Source of the DNA: the human T2T-CHM13v2.0 reference genome, Homo sapiens
Assembly: GCF_009914755.1 (NCBI RefSeq)
Contig: NC_060926.1
DNA length: 64,000 nt
Strand: one strand, 5' to 3'
Part shown: piece after piece, positions 11,909 to 24,915 of the stretch
Numbering within the stretch: the first letter of the stretch is position 1
Layout: each line of letters starts with the position of its first letter
Made by a program: the position numbers and the translations under genes
Notes under the pieces: generated by a model
What the model was told of the DNA's origin: nothing
Seen by the model: only the letters and a program-made list of their open reading frames with translations
Databases searched by the model: none

Positions 11909-13460
11909 GGGCACTTTTTAATTAACCAGTGATTAGCATTTTAGATGAAAGTGTTCATTTGAGAGGAAGGAACATCATTTATGCCTTCCTAGGACCCCCT
12001 TGGGGTGATTAACTTCCCAAAGAAAGGGTCTGGTGACATATCTGCCCTTGAGGTCCCTTCTGGAACACAGTGTGGTTTCTAAGAAATATCCCCACCACCA
12101 CTACCCTGGAAAGGAGGCTACCAAGTTAACAACCCTGATGCATGGGTCCCCATTATGTGGTGGACACTGCTTCCCACCAAGCTAGGCTCTGGCACAGCCT
12201 CCTGGGTGCCTGCCTTCCTCTCTACGTGAAGAACTGGATGACTCAGACCATTTTAGCAGTGGTCTAGCCCCATGTACCCAAGTGTCCAGCAGGTTGGCAG
12301 TCCTCTGAAATGCCCTTCTCTTTAATAACCAAATAAAGGACCTAAGACCCCACTTAAAAGCATGGTTCTTGCACCTCTTCTTCCTTAAGAGTCCTTCTCA
12401 TTTAACACCACTTTCCTGCAGGCTTGGGTGTTAAGAGGAGACCCAGCAGCTCTGTCTCTAAAGTTTCCCGTCCCATACATTTCCACAAGGAATCCTGCAG
12501 CCTGTCTCTCTCTTCTGAGCCTCTCATGCCTTCATGTTGTGGGGTCTGTTCCCAATTGCACGTCTTTTCTCCCCTTTTCTCTTGTCAGTTCCAGAATCAC
12601 AAAATCTAGGCTCCTGATCTATAAGAGAAGCCCTAAAATCACTGCAAATTAGGAAAACAGTCTGCTCGAGCAGGCTACCCTATGAGTAGCATGCAGAATA
12701 ATGTATTTCTTTATCACTGTAACTCTTGCTATTCTGGAAAAAGCTCAGGCACTAACCCTGCTGTCACCCAGCAGCCCCCCAATGGTCATTTTCCCAAACA
12801 AAATAGAAGTCTTCCCTTTGCCAAGAATGCCCTTCTGCAGCACACTCCTTTACCTCACCCTCACCTAGACTGCAGAAATGACTCCAGATTCTTTAAGCAG
12901 CAAATGCTACTTTTCTGTTTGTTGATACAGCTTTTATGTGGGTCTGTATCAAGGAAGCTGGGGGAGAAAAAAATCCACAACCTCCCTCTAGCAAAACTTT
13001 CATAGCACCATCTGCCACAATAGGGAGGAAAACTCCATAGGAGAGCTTGAAAAGGAGACACTGAGGATTCATCTCATCCATGCTCCTGCCCCTTGAACAC
13101 ACGCTGCTGTGCCATGCCGAGCAACAGACTTCTTCCCTATTCTGAACTCTCCCCGCAAGCCTACCTTGATTTAACCTCCTCACATCACCTCTTGCTAAAG
13201 AAACCTCCTCTTGTTTGAACTCCAACCCTATCCTTCCCACAGGAAGGATAACCAGTCAGCAACCTCCTTCTAGTTACTCTTTCTTGACTATAAGATTAAG
13301 GAACAGTTAGTCTTCTGGTTCAGGCTCCACCCTCAAGGAGCTCAGTCAGAGACAAGAGCAAAATCACTCCTGTCCTGGGAAACACCAATTCCAATAGAAG
13401 ACACATAGGGCATCAAGGCCTGCGCATGTGAAAGGAGGCCTGATATAAATCTCGATTGCT

Positions 13461-13790
<330 letters not shown>

Positions 13791-13874
13791 AGAAATCTGA
13801 TTGCCTTTTTCTGGCTGTGCCTTCATTAGCATGTTCAGCTCCCACAAGTCAGGCTTGGATAGCAATATCTACAG

Positions 13875-13995
13875 TGATGGCTAACACTTTCACAGCCTTA
13901 CTATGCGTCAGACAGTTGTTTCCAACTAACTCCCCATTAGCATTAACTCCATTTTACTTATGGGGAAACTGAGACACTATAAAGTGATGATTTAT
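13875..13995 (-). mobile_element. MIR fragment
   Basis: ccattttacttatggggaaactgagacac antisense MIR core. Confidence 0.75.
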
Positions 13996-14449
13996 ATGTG
14001 GGTAGGTAGTTGTAGATACCCATCCAGTTTCCCCAACCAGATATCAATCCTAGAAAGAGGAGCCTTGTTAGCGGGGAGTGCCTGCTGCATCTACAGACTG
14101 GTAGCAAGGGACTCAACGAATCTACAGTCTGTGATGACCCATTGCTCTCAGTAAGTCTTTCTAGCCAGGTTCTCCCTCAAAGAGCAAAAGGCCTCTCTTA
14201 TCCAGATCCACTCAGATATTGAAGATTTGGTACTATAAGCTCCATCAAATATCCTTGGTATTGGAGGCAAGTCCAAATGCAGAAGGAAATAAAAAATAAA
14301 AGAGCTTATCACTCCCTCAAATTGTAAGTTAACGGAAGAGGTAAGACAAATCCCCGTTGACTAACAGCTCTGAATTTGGCCCCAGAACACCTGAAAATGG
14401 TCAAATATACATAACAATGATTACACATTTATCAGGATACATTATAGTC

Positions 14450-14610
14450 ATTTATTTGCCCATCTTTGCCTCAGTGGATTTTGAGTTTAAGGAGAGGCCC
14501 CAAGCCTTATACATCTTTAGACCCCTGATGCCTGGAGTAATCACTTAGTATTTTTTTTAATGAGCGAATAAACAAATTAATAAATAAAAGAATAAATGGG
14601 TAAATGCATG
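14450..14610 (+). mobile_element. L2 3' end
   Basis: tgagtttaaggagaggccc...cccctgatgcctgg followed by an A-rich aatg-type tail. Confidence 0.55.
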
Positions 14611-15692
14611 TGGATATACCTCCAAACATCCACATGTATGTCTTGTATGTAAATTATATACTAAGAAAATCTCAAAATTGAATTATATAAATGCTAATGA
14701 ACGGTTTGACTTTAGTCTTATTATTTTCTAAATTTCTTTTTCCTACAGCAAGATGGCTTCTCAGAAGGGGCCCCAGGGCCGCCAGGTGATTGATTGCCTG
14801 CAGGACCAATTGGAGCTCCCACTTGCTCCAGAATTGATGGTCCCAGCCCCTCTGTGGTAGTGCAGTTTTTCATTATATGAAATGGAAAAGTGATTTAATA
14901 ATTCTTTCTGTCTTATATTGCTTTAAAGAATTTCAGACAGTTAAAAATTGCATGGATTTTTTCACCATCTGTGTGAGAGTGGAGGGAAAAAATGCTGGTT
15001 TTGTTTTTCCTATTTTTAATATAAGCCAGATGAAACAAAAAGATTGTTTCCCTGCAAACTCTAGGTCAAGTATGTATAGAGACTCAGGGATGCTCTGTAA
15101 GTTATCATATTATCTTTCTGCCTTGACAGGATACCATTAGGTGGTGTATCATTTCAACATTTATTATCTTTCATGTCCTTTTATCTTCACACTAGGATTT
15201 CTTTTAAAATTCCGATCTGTGCGTTTGGTTTCATTATATAGCACTGTCTTTTACCAAACAAATTTTTGAATGGCTTTCGATATTCTTCAGTTCCACATTT
15301 GTCATCTCAGCCTGAAACAGTGCCCTAGTTATGTCTGTTTTAACTTGTTAAAAAGAAACCTATCCAGGGAATGAAGTGTTGGGAGATCACACCTTCAGAG
15401 GTAAGTGTTACGCGTCCTGGAGAAATGGAAATCATTCATTGAGGAAAGTCAACCATTACAGAAAATAAAACAAAAATGTTGAAACCAAATGTAACAACTG
15501 GTGTTTGTTTTTAGAATATCATCAATTATTTTAACATCTGGAAACATTCCATAGACTGTAGCAGTTTTCTCCTACAGCCCATGTGGGGATATCTCCTGAT
15601 TCACAAATGGGTTGCCCTGTACAGTTGCAAAGTGGTCCATAGTTTTCCTTTGTGTTCAGAGTCAGCAGCATAAGGAGCTTCTAGTTGAATAT

Positions 15693-15716
15693 AAAAAAAA
15701 AAAAAAAAAAAAAAAA
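15693..15716 (+). repeat. Poly(A) tract, 24 nt
   Basis: Directly visible. Confidence 0.95.
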
Positions 15717-16512
15717 GCTTTCGACTTACCCCACTTATTTGCAAATAGGGCAGTCTGACTGCGTGACTACCAGTGGCCTTCCAAAGCATCTTGACAGTGT
15801 CTCAGGAAGTTCTGAGGACTTTTTCAGAATCCACTTGGATGTCTTTATTTCTGCTATAGCTTTATTAAGCTAAAGGGATTTGCATCACAGGAAATTTGAA
15901 GTGTTTTGAAGAAATGCTTGCAAGTCTCTGTTGCAATGTTGTCAATTAGAGTTGCATGAAGCATAACAGATGGGCTGGACTGGGAAGTGTCATTTCAACA
16001 GAACCAGACACCAGCCAGGGCTGTGGAAGATCCTGGTGTCATCTTAAACACGAGTTCCACAAGACACTGTTCCTCCTGCATCACACTGACGAGAGAGCGT
16101 CTACAAACCTTCTTCACTTACCCAGATGAAAGGACAGATTTGGCCTGCTTCACTAAAGCAAGAAAATTCAGGTTATGCATTCATTCAGTAAAAGGTAGAG
16201 TTGCACAGTAATTTTTATGCATCAGAGTGGAATGAAAATTTTAGAAAAATGAAATTTAGAATAATGCCTTATTCAAGGAGTTGGGTGTGAATAAACATCC
16301 AAGGTGAGACAGAATCATGTAAGGAATGTCACCAAAACAAAGAAAAGGTGATTTGAAATGTTGGAGACTGCATTAGTTTCCCAGGGCTGCCATAACAGAT
16401 TAACGCAAACTAGGTGGCTTAAAATAACAGCAATATTTTTTAATAGTTCTGGAGGCTAGAAATCTGACACCAAGGTGTCAGCAGAGCCATGCTCCCTCGG
16501 GAGGCTCTAGGA

Positions 16513-17329
16513 CAGGGGTCCCTAGAGCCTGTCCATTGCTTGTTAGGAACCAGGCCGCACAGTAGGAGGTGAGCACAGGTGAGCAAGTGAAGCTTCATCT
16601 GTATTTACAGATGCTCCCGTAGCTCACATTATCACCTTAGCTCCGCCTCCCGTCAGAGCAGGGGTGGCATTAAATTCTCAAAGGAGCACAAACCCTATTG
16701 TGAACTGCGCAGGTGAGGGATCTAGGTTGTGCACTCCTTATGAGAATCTAATGTCCGATGATCTGAGATGGAGCTGAGGCAGTGATGCTAGTGCTGGGGA
16801 GGGGCTGCAAATGCAGATTAACATTAGCAAAGGTGTTTGACTGCACAGAGACCATAATAAATAAATTGCATGCAGACTTATATCAAAACTCTGTCAGTGA
16901 GTGGCAAATGACAATTAAGCTGCATCTGGTGGCAGGCTTTATGGCAAGTGAATTGATGTACTTCATTTATACAGCTGCATCTGGTGGCCTTAAAAATGTG
17001 TTTGAGACAACTTCAAATTTCCATACGCTCCGGATTAAAGTCAAGGTGGAATATCCTGAAATTGCCACAAAGCACTGAAAAGCCTGCTTCCATTTCAAAC
17101 ACCCTATCTTTGTGAAATAGGGTTTTCCACAGTGACAGCAATTAAAATGAGATTATGCAGTAGATTGGACATAAGACACTTCGGGTGTCACTCTCTCCCA
17201 TCACCCCCAGATGGGACTGTCTAGTTGCAGGGAATCCACCCAAAGCCATCCACCACCCCCAACAACATCTGTAGAAAAACTGTCTTACAGGAAACCGGTC
17301 CCTGGTGCCAAAATGGTTGGGGACTGCTG
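16513..17329 (+). mobile_element. Charlie3/MER1 hAT transposon, internally deleted derivative
   Basis: TIR-like ends caggggtccc / ggttggggactgctg; 8-bp TSD ctctagga (16505-16512) / ctctaggg (17330-17337); MER1 arm motif ctccttatgagaatctaatg. Confidence 0.93.
16984..17235 (+). pseudogene. Frameshifted C-terminal hAT (Buster/Charlie) transposase remnant
   Basis: Translates as GLKNVFETTSNFHTLRIKVKVEYPEIATK, then after a frameshift ALKSLLPFQTPYLCEIGFS, matching the hAT dimerisation motif (YP.....AL..LLPF.T.YLCE.GFS). Confidence 0.85.
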
Positions 17330-18124
17330 CTCTAGGGAAGTATCTTCCATTGCTCCTTCCATCTTCTGCTGGTTGCCAGCAATCCTGAGTGTCCCTTGGC
17401 TTGTACCTGCAGTGCTCCAATCTCTGCCTTCTTCAACACATGGCCTTATTCCCTGAATGTGTCTGAGTCTCTGTATCTCTACATCTCTCTGTATAAGAAC
17501 ACCAATCACTGGATTCAAGGCCCACCCAATCCAGTATGACCTCATTGGCAAGGACCCTCTTTCCAAAGAAAATCACATTCTGAGACGTGAATTTTTGGTA
17601 GACACTAGTCAACCCAATACAGAGACCAGACATGATCCTGAAAAGCTTTGTGAGCTTTCTCAGTCCCAGTTGAACTTTCAACATACAACACACAACAACT
17701 TCTCTGACATGTTTCTTCTAAGTTCTTAAGTTTCATAGTACTCAAGGCAACAAAGATAGATTTCTAAATTCTGAACAACACACTCACATTGGATTTGGTG
17801 CTGTCTTTGAACCAAGGATAGAATGAGGTTTCCTACTTTGGCAATCTAATCTCTAAATGGCTTTGGCTAGTAACTGCAGCCAAGTTGATATCAGACCTTA
17901 ACACAAGGTAGGAATGAGATGCAGAGACATTTATTAATGGCATGAGAATTCCACGTACTTCTTTGTATTGAACACTAATCAGTAGAAAGCATTTATGAAA
18001 ACATCACATCTAATACACAGAAGGTGTTCAACAAAAGTAGAATGAAAGGCTAAATAATGGTTTGGATTCTGTTTGGAGAATTTTAGATTATTATATTAGG
18101 TAAGTTCAAGTTAAATGATTAAAT

Positions 18125-18400
18125 AGTAGTAACGTTAACAATGCAGGTTATTTCTCACTTTCTCTAACATAGAAATCCAGAGGTAAGCAGCCGGCTATGT
18201 TGCATGGGACCCTTAGGGACTGGGATCCTTTCAGCTCACCACCTGCTATCTCTTGCAGGATGAGCTCTCATCTTCATGGTCCAATATGGCAGCACCTGTT
18301 TTCCAACATAAAAAGGCAATGAAAGGGCACATTCCAGGTAACTATTAACTTTGGATTCACATGGGCCAGATATGCTAGGTCAGTTGGTCAATCCTTCCCC
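18125..18400 (-). mobile_element. Old MaLR fragment (MLT1J/K-like)
   Basis: aaatccagaggtaagcag...tcatcttcatggtccaatatggcagc. Confidence 0.55.
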
Positions 18401-18444
18401 AGAACCAGTCAGTCACTTCTTTCTTTTCTTTTCTTTTCTTTTCT

Positions 18445-19430
18445 TCTTTTTCTGTTCTAGATGCTTGCATAAATGGACTCAGGCAGTATGGGCTCTTTTA
18501 TGCCTGGTTTCTTTTGCACAACAAAACATTTTATCCATGTTGCTGTGTGCATCAGGGGTTTGTTCCCTTTTAATGGAGAGTAGTATTCCATTGTATGGAT
18601 GTACCATAATTTGTATATCCATTATATTTGCTGATGGACATTTGGGGTGTTTCCAGTTAGGGGCTCTTATGACAAAGCAATAGTCAATAGTCTTGTATAA
18701 GTCTTAGCATAGACATGTGTTTTTATTTCTGTTGGGCAGATACTAGAAATGGAAATGCTGAATCATATAGCAAATATATATTCAATTTTATAAGAAACTG
18801 AAAAGCTGTTTTCTGAACTGACTGTACTATTTCATACTCCCACCCACAATGTATACCCATTTTTATTAGGTTGTTTGTTGTCTCCATATTGAGTTTTAAA
18901 AGTTCTTTATATTCTCTAGACACAAGTCCTTTGACATATATATGCATTGTTCATATTTTCCGCTAAGATTGTGAAGATTTTGCCTCATATTTTCTTCTGG
19001 AAGTTTTAAAGTTTTAACTTTTATAGTTAGGTCTGATTCATTTCAAGTTTATTTCAGTAAACGATATGATACTGGGGTTGAACTTTTTTTCCTTATGGTT
19101 GTCCAGTTCTTATAGGCCCATTTGTTTAAGACTATACTTTCTCTGTTGACTTGATATCTTTGTTGAAAATTAATTATTCAAATATATGTATGTCTATTTA
19201 TAAGCTCTCCATTCTGTCCTATTGCACTATGTCTATCTTTATACAAGCACTACAGTGTCTTGTTTGTTACGCCTTTATAGTAAGCCCTTAAATCTGGCAG
19301 TGTTATTCCTCTAACTTTCTTCTTCTTTATCAAAGTTGTTTGGGCTCTTGTATTTCTCTTGCATTTCTGAATAAAATTTAAAATTAGCTTGCCAATTTTT
19401 AAAACAAAAAGTCTACTGGTGATTTTTTAT
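18445..19430 (-). mobile_element. Ancient L1M (ORF2 3' part and 3' UTR)
   Basis: gatggacatttggggtgtttccag, ttctttatattctctagacacaagtcctttg, cctctaactttcttcttctttatcaaagttgtt. Confidence 0.88.
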
Positions 19431-19847
19431 AAAAACTGACAATGCAATTCTAAAATTATTATTGAAATGCAAAAACAACTTTGCCAAAACAACAAAGTTT
19501 TTATCAAAGTTGCCAAAAGAACTTTGATTAAGAAGAAAAAAACAAAGTTGGATGACTAACACTATTTGATTTCCAGACTTATTACCAAGCTACGGTAACC
19601 AAGAAAATGGGATGTAATGCATACCAAAACTGCATAAACAGAACAGAAAAGGGAGATTGGAAATAGACTCATACATATAGGAACAATTACAACAAAATTG
19701 CAAAGGCAATTGGATTAAATGGTGCTGGAACAACTGGATATCCACATGCAAAAAATAATAATAATAAATTACATTTCCAATTTGAACATACAGTTCACCA
19801 AAGAAGATATATAAATGGTAAATAAGCACATAAAAATGCTTAATATC

Positions 19848-20273
19848 TGTTATGGAGGAATGTTTGTATCCTCCTAAAATTCATATATTTAAGCCCTAAT
19901 CCTCAACATGTTGGTATTTGGAGACTGAGCTGTTGGGAGGTAATTAGATTAGGTTATGAGAGTGGAACCCTCATAATCGGATTAGTGCCTTAATAATTAA
20001 AGCAAGAGAGCTCTCTTTTCCTCCTCCCTTCCCCCTGTCTCTTCTCCTCCCTCCCTCTCTCATCCACATGCACACACTGTAGAAAGCCCACGTGAGGACC
20101 AAATGAGAAGGCAGCCATCTATAAGCCAGGAAGAAAGCTCTCACCAGAGCCTGACTATGCGGGCACCCTGATCATGAACTTCCAACCTCCAGAACTGTGA
20201 GAAAATGAATGTCTGTTGTTTAAGCAACCCAGTCTATGATATCTTGTTATGGCAGCCCAAGCAAACAAAGACA
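19848..20273 (+). mobile_element. MLT1A-like MaLR solo LTR
   Basis: tgttatgg...aagaca ends; TSD atatc / gtatc; cctccagaactgtgagaaaat...gtttaagc motif. Confidence 0.92.
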
Positions 20274-20565
20274 GTATCACTAGTCATTAAGAAATGCAAT
20301 TTAAAACCACAATGAGATACCACTACACCTTCATCAGAATGCTAAAATTATAGAGTGACCACACCAAGTGTTGATAAGGATGTGAAGGAACTGGAACTCT
20401 TAAATGCTGCTGGTGAAAATACAAAAGAAGAGCAAACAAATGAATAGTGACAGAAAGAAGACCAGTGGATACCTGTGTGGGAGGGTTGTGGAAAGAGATA
20501 GAAAGGAGGAATTAAAAGAAATATGAAGAAATTTTAAGAGTAATGCATATGTTCATTATCTAGAT

Positions 20566-20774
20566 CAAGGCTGTCAAATGTTTTTCTTTAAAATACCAGA
20601 TAGCAAACATTTTTGGCTTTGCGACTATACACTCTGTCACAACTACTCAACTCTATCACTGTAGAGCAAAAGCAGTCATAAACAATATATAAACAAATGG
20701 GCATAACTGTGTTTTAATACAACTTTATTTGCAAAACCATATGTAGCCTACAAGCTACAGTTTCTCTACCACTG
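20566..20774. mobile_element. MER58A-like hAT MITE
   Basis: 8-bp TSD atctagat (20558-20565) / atctaaat (20775-20782); ctctgtcacaactactcaactct motif. Confidence 0.88.
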
Positions 20775-20863
20775 ATCTAAATTGTAATGATGGTTTCATA
20801 GGTGAAAAATGTACTAAACTTATCAAATTCTACATTTTAAATGCATAGTTTACTATATGTTAA

Positions 20864-21529
<666 letters not shown>

Positions 21530-21631
21530 TAAAAGGGAGTGAGAAAAGACAAAATTCCTGTATATTACATTGTTATATAACAATATAATAATATTGTTAT
21601 CCATGGTGAATATAACATTATTATATTATTA

Positions 21632-21973
21632 TTTACAACTAACCATCTCTCCTTTCTAGGAGAGACTATATCTCCATTTCATTTAAATGGGACTTGTCCA
21701 ATGTCCCCCTGTAAGCAGAGTATACTTCCCAATCCATGTCTAAGCCAAAGCTTTCAACCCAGTGATGTCTTTTGGCTTAACTAGGCATGCTTTGTCTTCT
21801 GCCTTAAGAACAGGGTCCCAGATGAGGAGACACATTGGGCCAGTCCTCATTTGCACACAGCTTGACTCAGATTCTTAGTCTACCCATAACCCACATTAAA
21901 GTAAATGAGGAATGGACCTTGTAAACCACTGAGATATGGGGATTATTTACCACTGCACTAAAAGCACTAATAC
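21632..21973 (+). mobile_element. Old MaLR fragment (MLT1J-like)
   Basis: 3' end tgtaaaccactgagatatggggattatttacc...ctaataca. Confidence 0.55.
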
Positions 21974-22047
21974 ACTTCCCACCGAGTTGAAAATGGACTT
22001 CTTAATTCCTTCCTGAATGATGTTGTACACACATTAACTGTTTCCAA

Positions 22048-22400
22048 TTTACTAAATACCTCCTCTATACCAGTCACTCTGCCAGGGACTATTGACACTG
22101 AATATATCCAGTCACCACTTATACGAAACGTATAGTCTAATGAGGAAAACAGACCACAATGATGAAAGTGGATAGCAGTGTTGTGATAGTTGGAAACGCG
22201 GGGACTCCAGGAGCATGGAGGAAAAAGCACTGGACCAAATCAAGATGGTGAAGGCAATAAGGGGCAGACCCAAGAAGCTTCCCCATGGAATCTGACATCT
22301 GAGTTAATCCTGAAAAGTTGAATACAAGTTTGTCAGGCTAAAAAGGAGAAAGAAGTTGTCCTGGACAGAAGAAACCTCATAGGCAAAAGCTTGGAAGTAA
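22048..22400 (-). mobile_element. L2 fragment
   Basis: tttactaaatacctcctctatacc; agcttccc...tgacatctgagttaatcctgaaaa; aggcaaaagcttggaagt. Confidence 0.7.
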
Positions 22401-23214
22401 CAGTCTGGTTTACTCTATTCCCTATTTCCCTTTTAAGGACTTTCCACCACAAGGGCTCTTTAAAAATGATACCATTTCAGACAACACCTGCTTTCCATTC
22501 AGCACAACAAGTTGTTTACCCCAGAACACCCTCAATCAATATAATACAAGAAGTGAAATGTTGACATTGTGGTTTCAGGCAAAAACTCGCTCACCGATGT
22601 ACTTGACACTGCAGTTTCTAGTTAAAGAATATCATCGGGGACAAATCTGAATTCATGTTTGAATAAAGCCAAAGCATTTTGCTTTACATACACCATGCAA
22701 GGGAGATAAAGAGGTAGCATCTTCTATAAGTTTTCAGTCTGTTAAGAGTGTGTTATTTCCACGTGCTTCAGTGCACTGGCATAATTAATTTTTATTTTGT
22801 TTAAAGGTGTTTTTCTGTGCTATTACTTTTTTAAAGTGCAGCCTGAGTATAACCACAGTTGCCCGAGAGTTATAAAGAGTTATAAAATATCTAGGGAAAT
22901 GGCACAGAAAAAGAGAGAGCATTTTCTAAAGAATGACTCCCTGGCCTCCACCATCACCTACCGTCAAGCCATTTATTCTTTCTTTGGTGAGTGCAATAAT
23001 TCTTTGCTTTATGAATAAAAAGCATGTATTTACTTTCAAGTTGTTCTTACTACTAAAATTTGTTTTCATTGTTTAGTTGATATATTTTTCTATTTGTGAA
23101 AATTGTCGGATGAAATGTCCCTTAATGTTTCCCACTATAATAATGGAAATATTTCCTTCATTCAATAGCTTTTCTCTTAGAGATAACATTTTGGGGAACA
23201 AATTAAAGATGCTA

Positions 23215-23509
23215 GGCCGGGCGCGGTGGCTCACATCTGTAATCCCAACACTTTGGGGGGCCGAGGCGGGCGGATCACCTGAGGTCAGGAGTTCAAGACC
23301 AGCTTGGCCAGCATGGTGAAACCCTGTTTCTACTAAAAAATACAAAAATTAGCCAGGCTTTGTGGTGGGCACCTGTAATCTCAGCTACTCAGGAGCCTGA
23401 GGCAGGGAGAATTGCTTGAACCTGGGAGGTGGAGGTTGCAGTGAACTGAGATCACGTGCACTCCAGCCTGGGTGAAAGAGTGAGACTCAATCTCAAAAAA
23501 AAAAAAAAA
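23215..23509 (+). mobile_element. AluS (Sx-like)
   Basis: Full-length dimer; TSD aaagatgcta (23205-23214) / aaggatgcta (23510-23519). Confidence 0.97.
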
Positions 23510-23865
23510 AAGGATGCTAAGCAAGGGATAGGTATATCGTACAGCCTAATTTAAATTACGGACACACAAAACGACCTCTCTAAAGTAGAATTCCAATTTC
23601 TCCCAACTCTTTACAAGGATTCAGTATGTGGTCCCCAACACCTGGGAGCCTCTCAACCTGCCACAGAAGCTCTCTTCTGGGCTATCTTGCTCACATCATC
23701 TTGACCACTTAGCTCCACCTCTTACCCCTACCAGGTGGGGGACTGTGGATCTTCTTTCAGCCTGATTCTATCTCCAGGGAAGAAGGGAAGAAGGGAGCAG
23801 CAAAGCGGACAATTCCCAAAGAGCTCTGTTGCAGGAATGGAAGGGGAAACCTCTGAGGTTACTAT

Positions 23866-24000
23866 TGTGTGTGTGTGTGTCTGTGTGTGTGTGTATTATA
23901 TATATTATATTGCATGTAATATATAATGTGTATACATGTATATACACATATTGTATATACATACAACTATGTATATATTATATATAATAATGTATATAAT
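23866..24000. repeat. Compound (TG)n/(TA)n microsatellite
   Basis: Directly visible. Confidence 0.9.
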
Positions 24001-24334
24001 ACTCATACAAAATTGGTAAGTGTACTATTTTTCTATAGTATCTCTTGGTTTGCCTGCCACATCAGATCTCCCTCTAACCTGATCCCACATTTCCAGTTCT
24101 TCCATCTCTCCCTGTTTTCTCCTCACACATTGTCTCTGGTCCAATGAGACCATCCCAACCAGTCACCTCACCCCACTGCGATTCATACCTCTCAGCTTAG
24201 GGCCCCTCTGCCCCTTTCCTCATCCTTTCTGTTTGAAAATTCGGGGCTTCAAGACCCACAGGGTGCCTTTCTTTCTACAGCATTTTTGTAACATATAATG
24301 AATACACATATCATCCTGACATGATTTGTTTACC

Positions 24335-24610
24335 TTACAATGGTGCAAAACCATTATTTTTCATGTTCAGTATCATATTCAACAAATTACATGAGTTATT
24401 CAACAGTTTATTATAAAGTAGTCTTTGTGTTAGAAGATTTTGCCCAACTGTAGGCTAATGTATGTGTTCTGAGCATGTTTAAGGTAGAGTAGGCTAAGCT
24501 ATGATGTTTGATAGGTTAGGTGTATTAAATCCATTTTTGACTTACCATGTTTTCAACTTACAATGGGATTATGGAGATGTAACCTCATTGTAAGTCAGGG
24601 GTCATCTGTA
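24335..24610 (-). mobile_element. Tigger4/Zombi (MER46-family) remnant
   Basis: gattttgcccaactgtaggctaatgta...ggctaagctatgatgtt...aacttacaatggg...catctgta. Confidence 0.85.
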
Positions 24611-24789
24611 AATACAGCTCTCAATTGTTCTACAAGGGTTTCCTTTTGGCTCCCCAATCAGATTCGATGGAGGTCAAGGTTACCTGCATTCCATGGTGCC
24701 CAGCCAAGTGTTCAGTGCATAGTCAATGCTCTGTTGTGTTCAGAGAAGACAGTAGGAGCCCCACGCACAATCTTATATTGTCTGTAATG

Positions 24790-24915
24790 TTACCAATTAG
24801 CTAGGTAACTTGCTTAACTGCCTGGGACCCAGTTTACCCCACTGGACAGTGCAAGATGAAAAAACAAAAATAGAAAGGGTGATTTTTGATGTCTCCTCCA
24901 TCTCTGAATGGCCTG
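24790..24915 (+). mobile_element. MIR/MIR3 fragment
   Basis: ggtaacttgcttaactgcctgggacccagtttacccc. Confidence 0.5.

Larger units (their letters stand above)
16369..17621 (-). mobile_element. MaLR solo LTR, MLT1C-like, interrupted by a Charlie3/MER1 element
   Basis: TG...CA ends, perfect 5-bp TSD gagac (16364-16368 / 17622-17626), MLT1 motifs ggtggcttaaaataacag and tctggaggctagaaatctg. Confidence 0.92.

Noticed and set aside
14749-14793. Collagen-like GAPGPPG in one frame after the acceptor
   Set aside because: Only two Gly-X-Y triplets, an immediate stop, and no other collagen-type exons in the window
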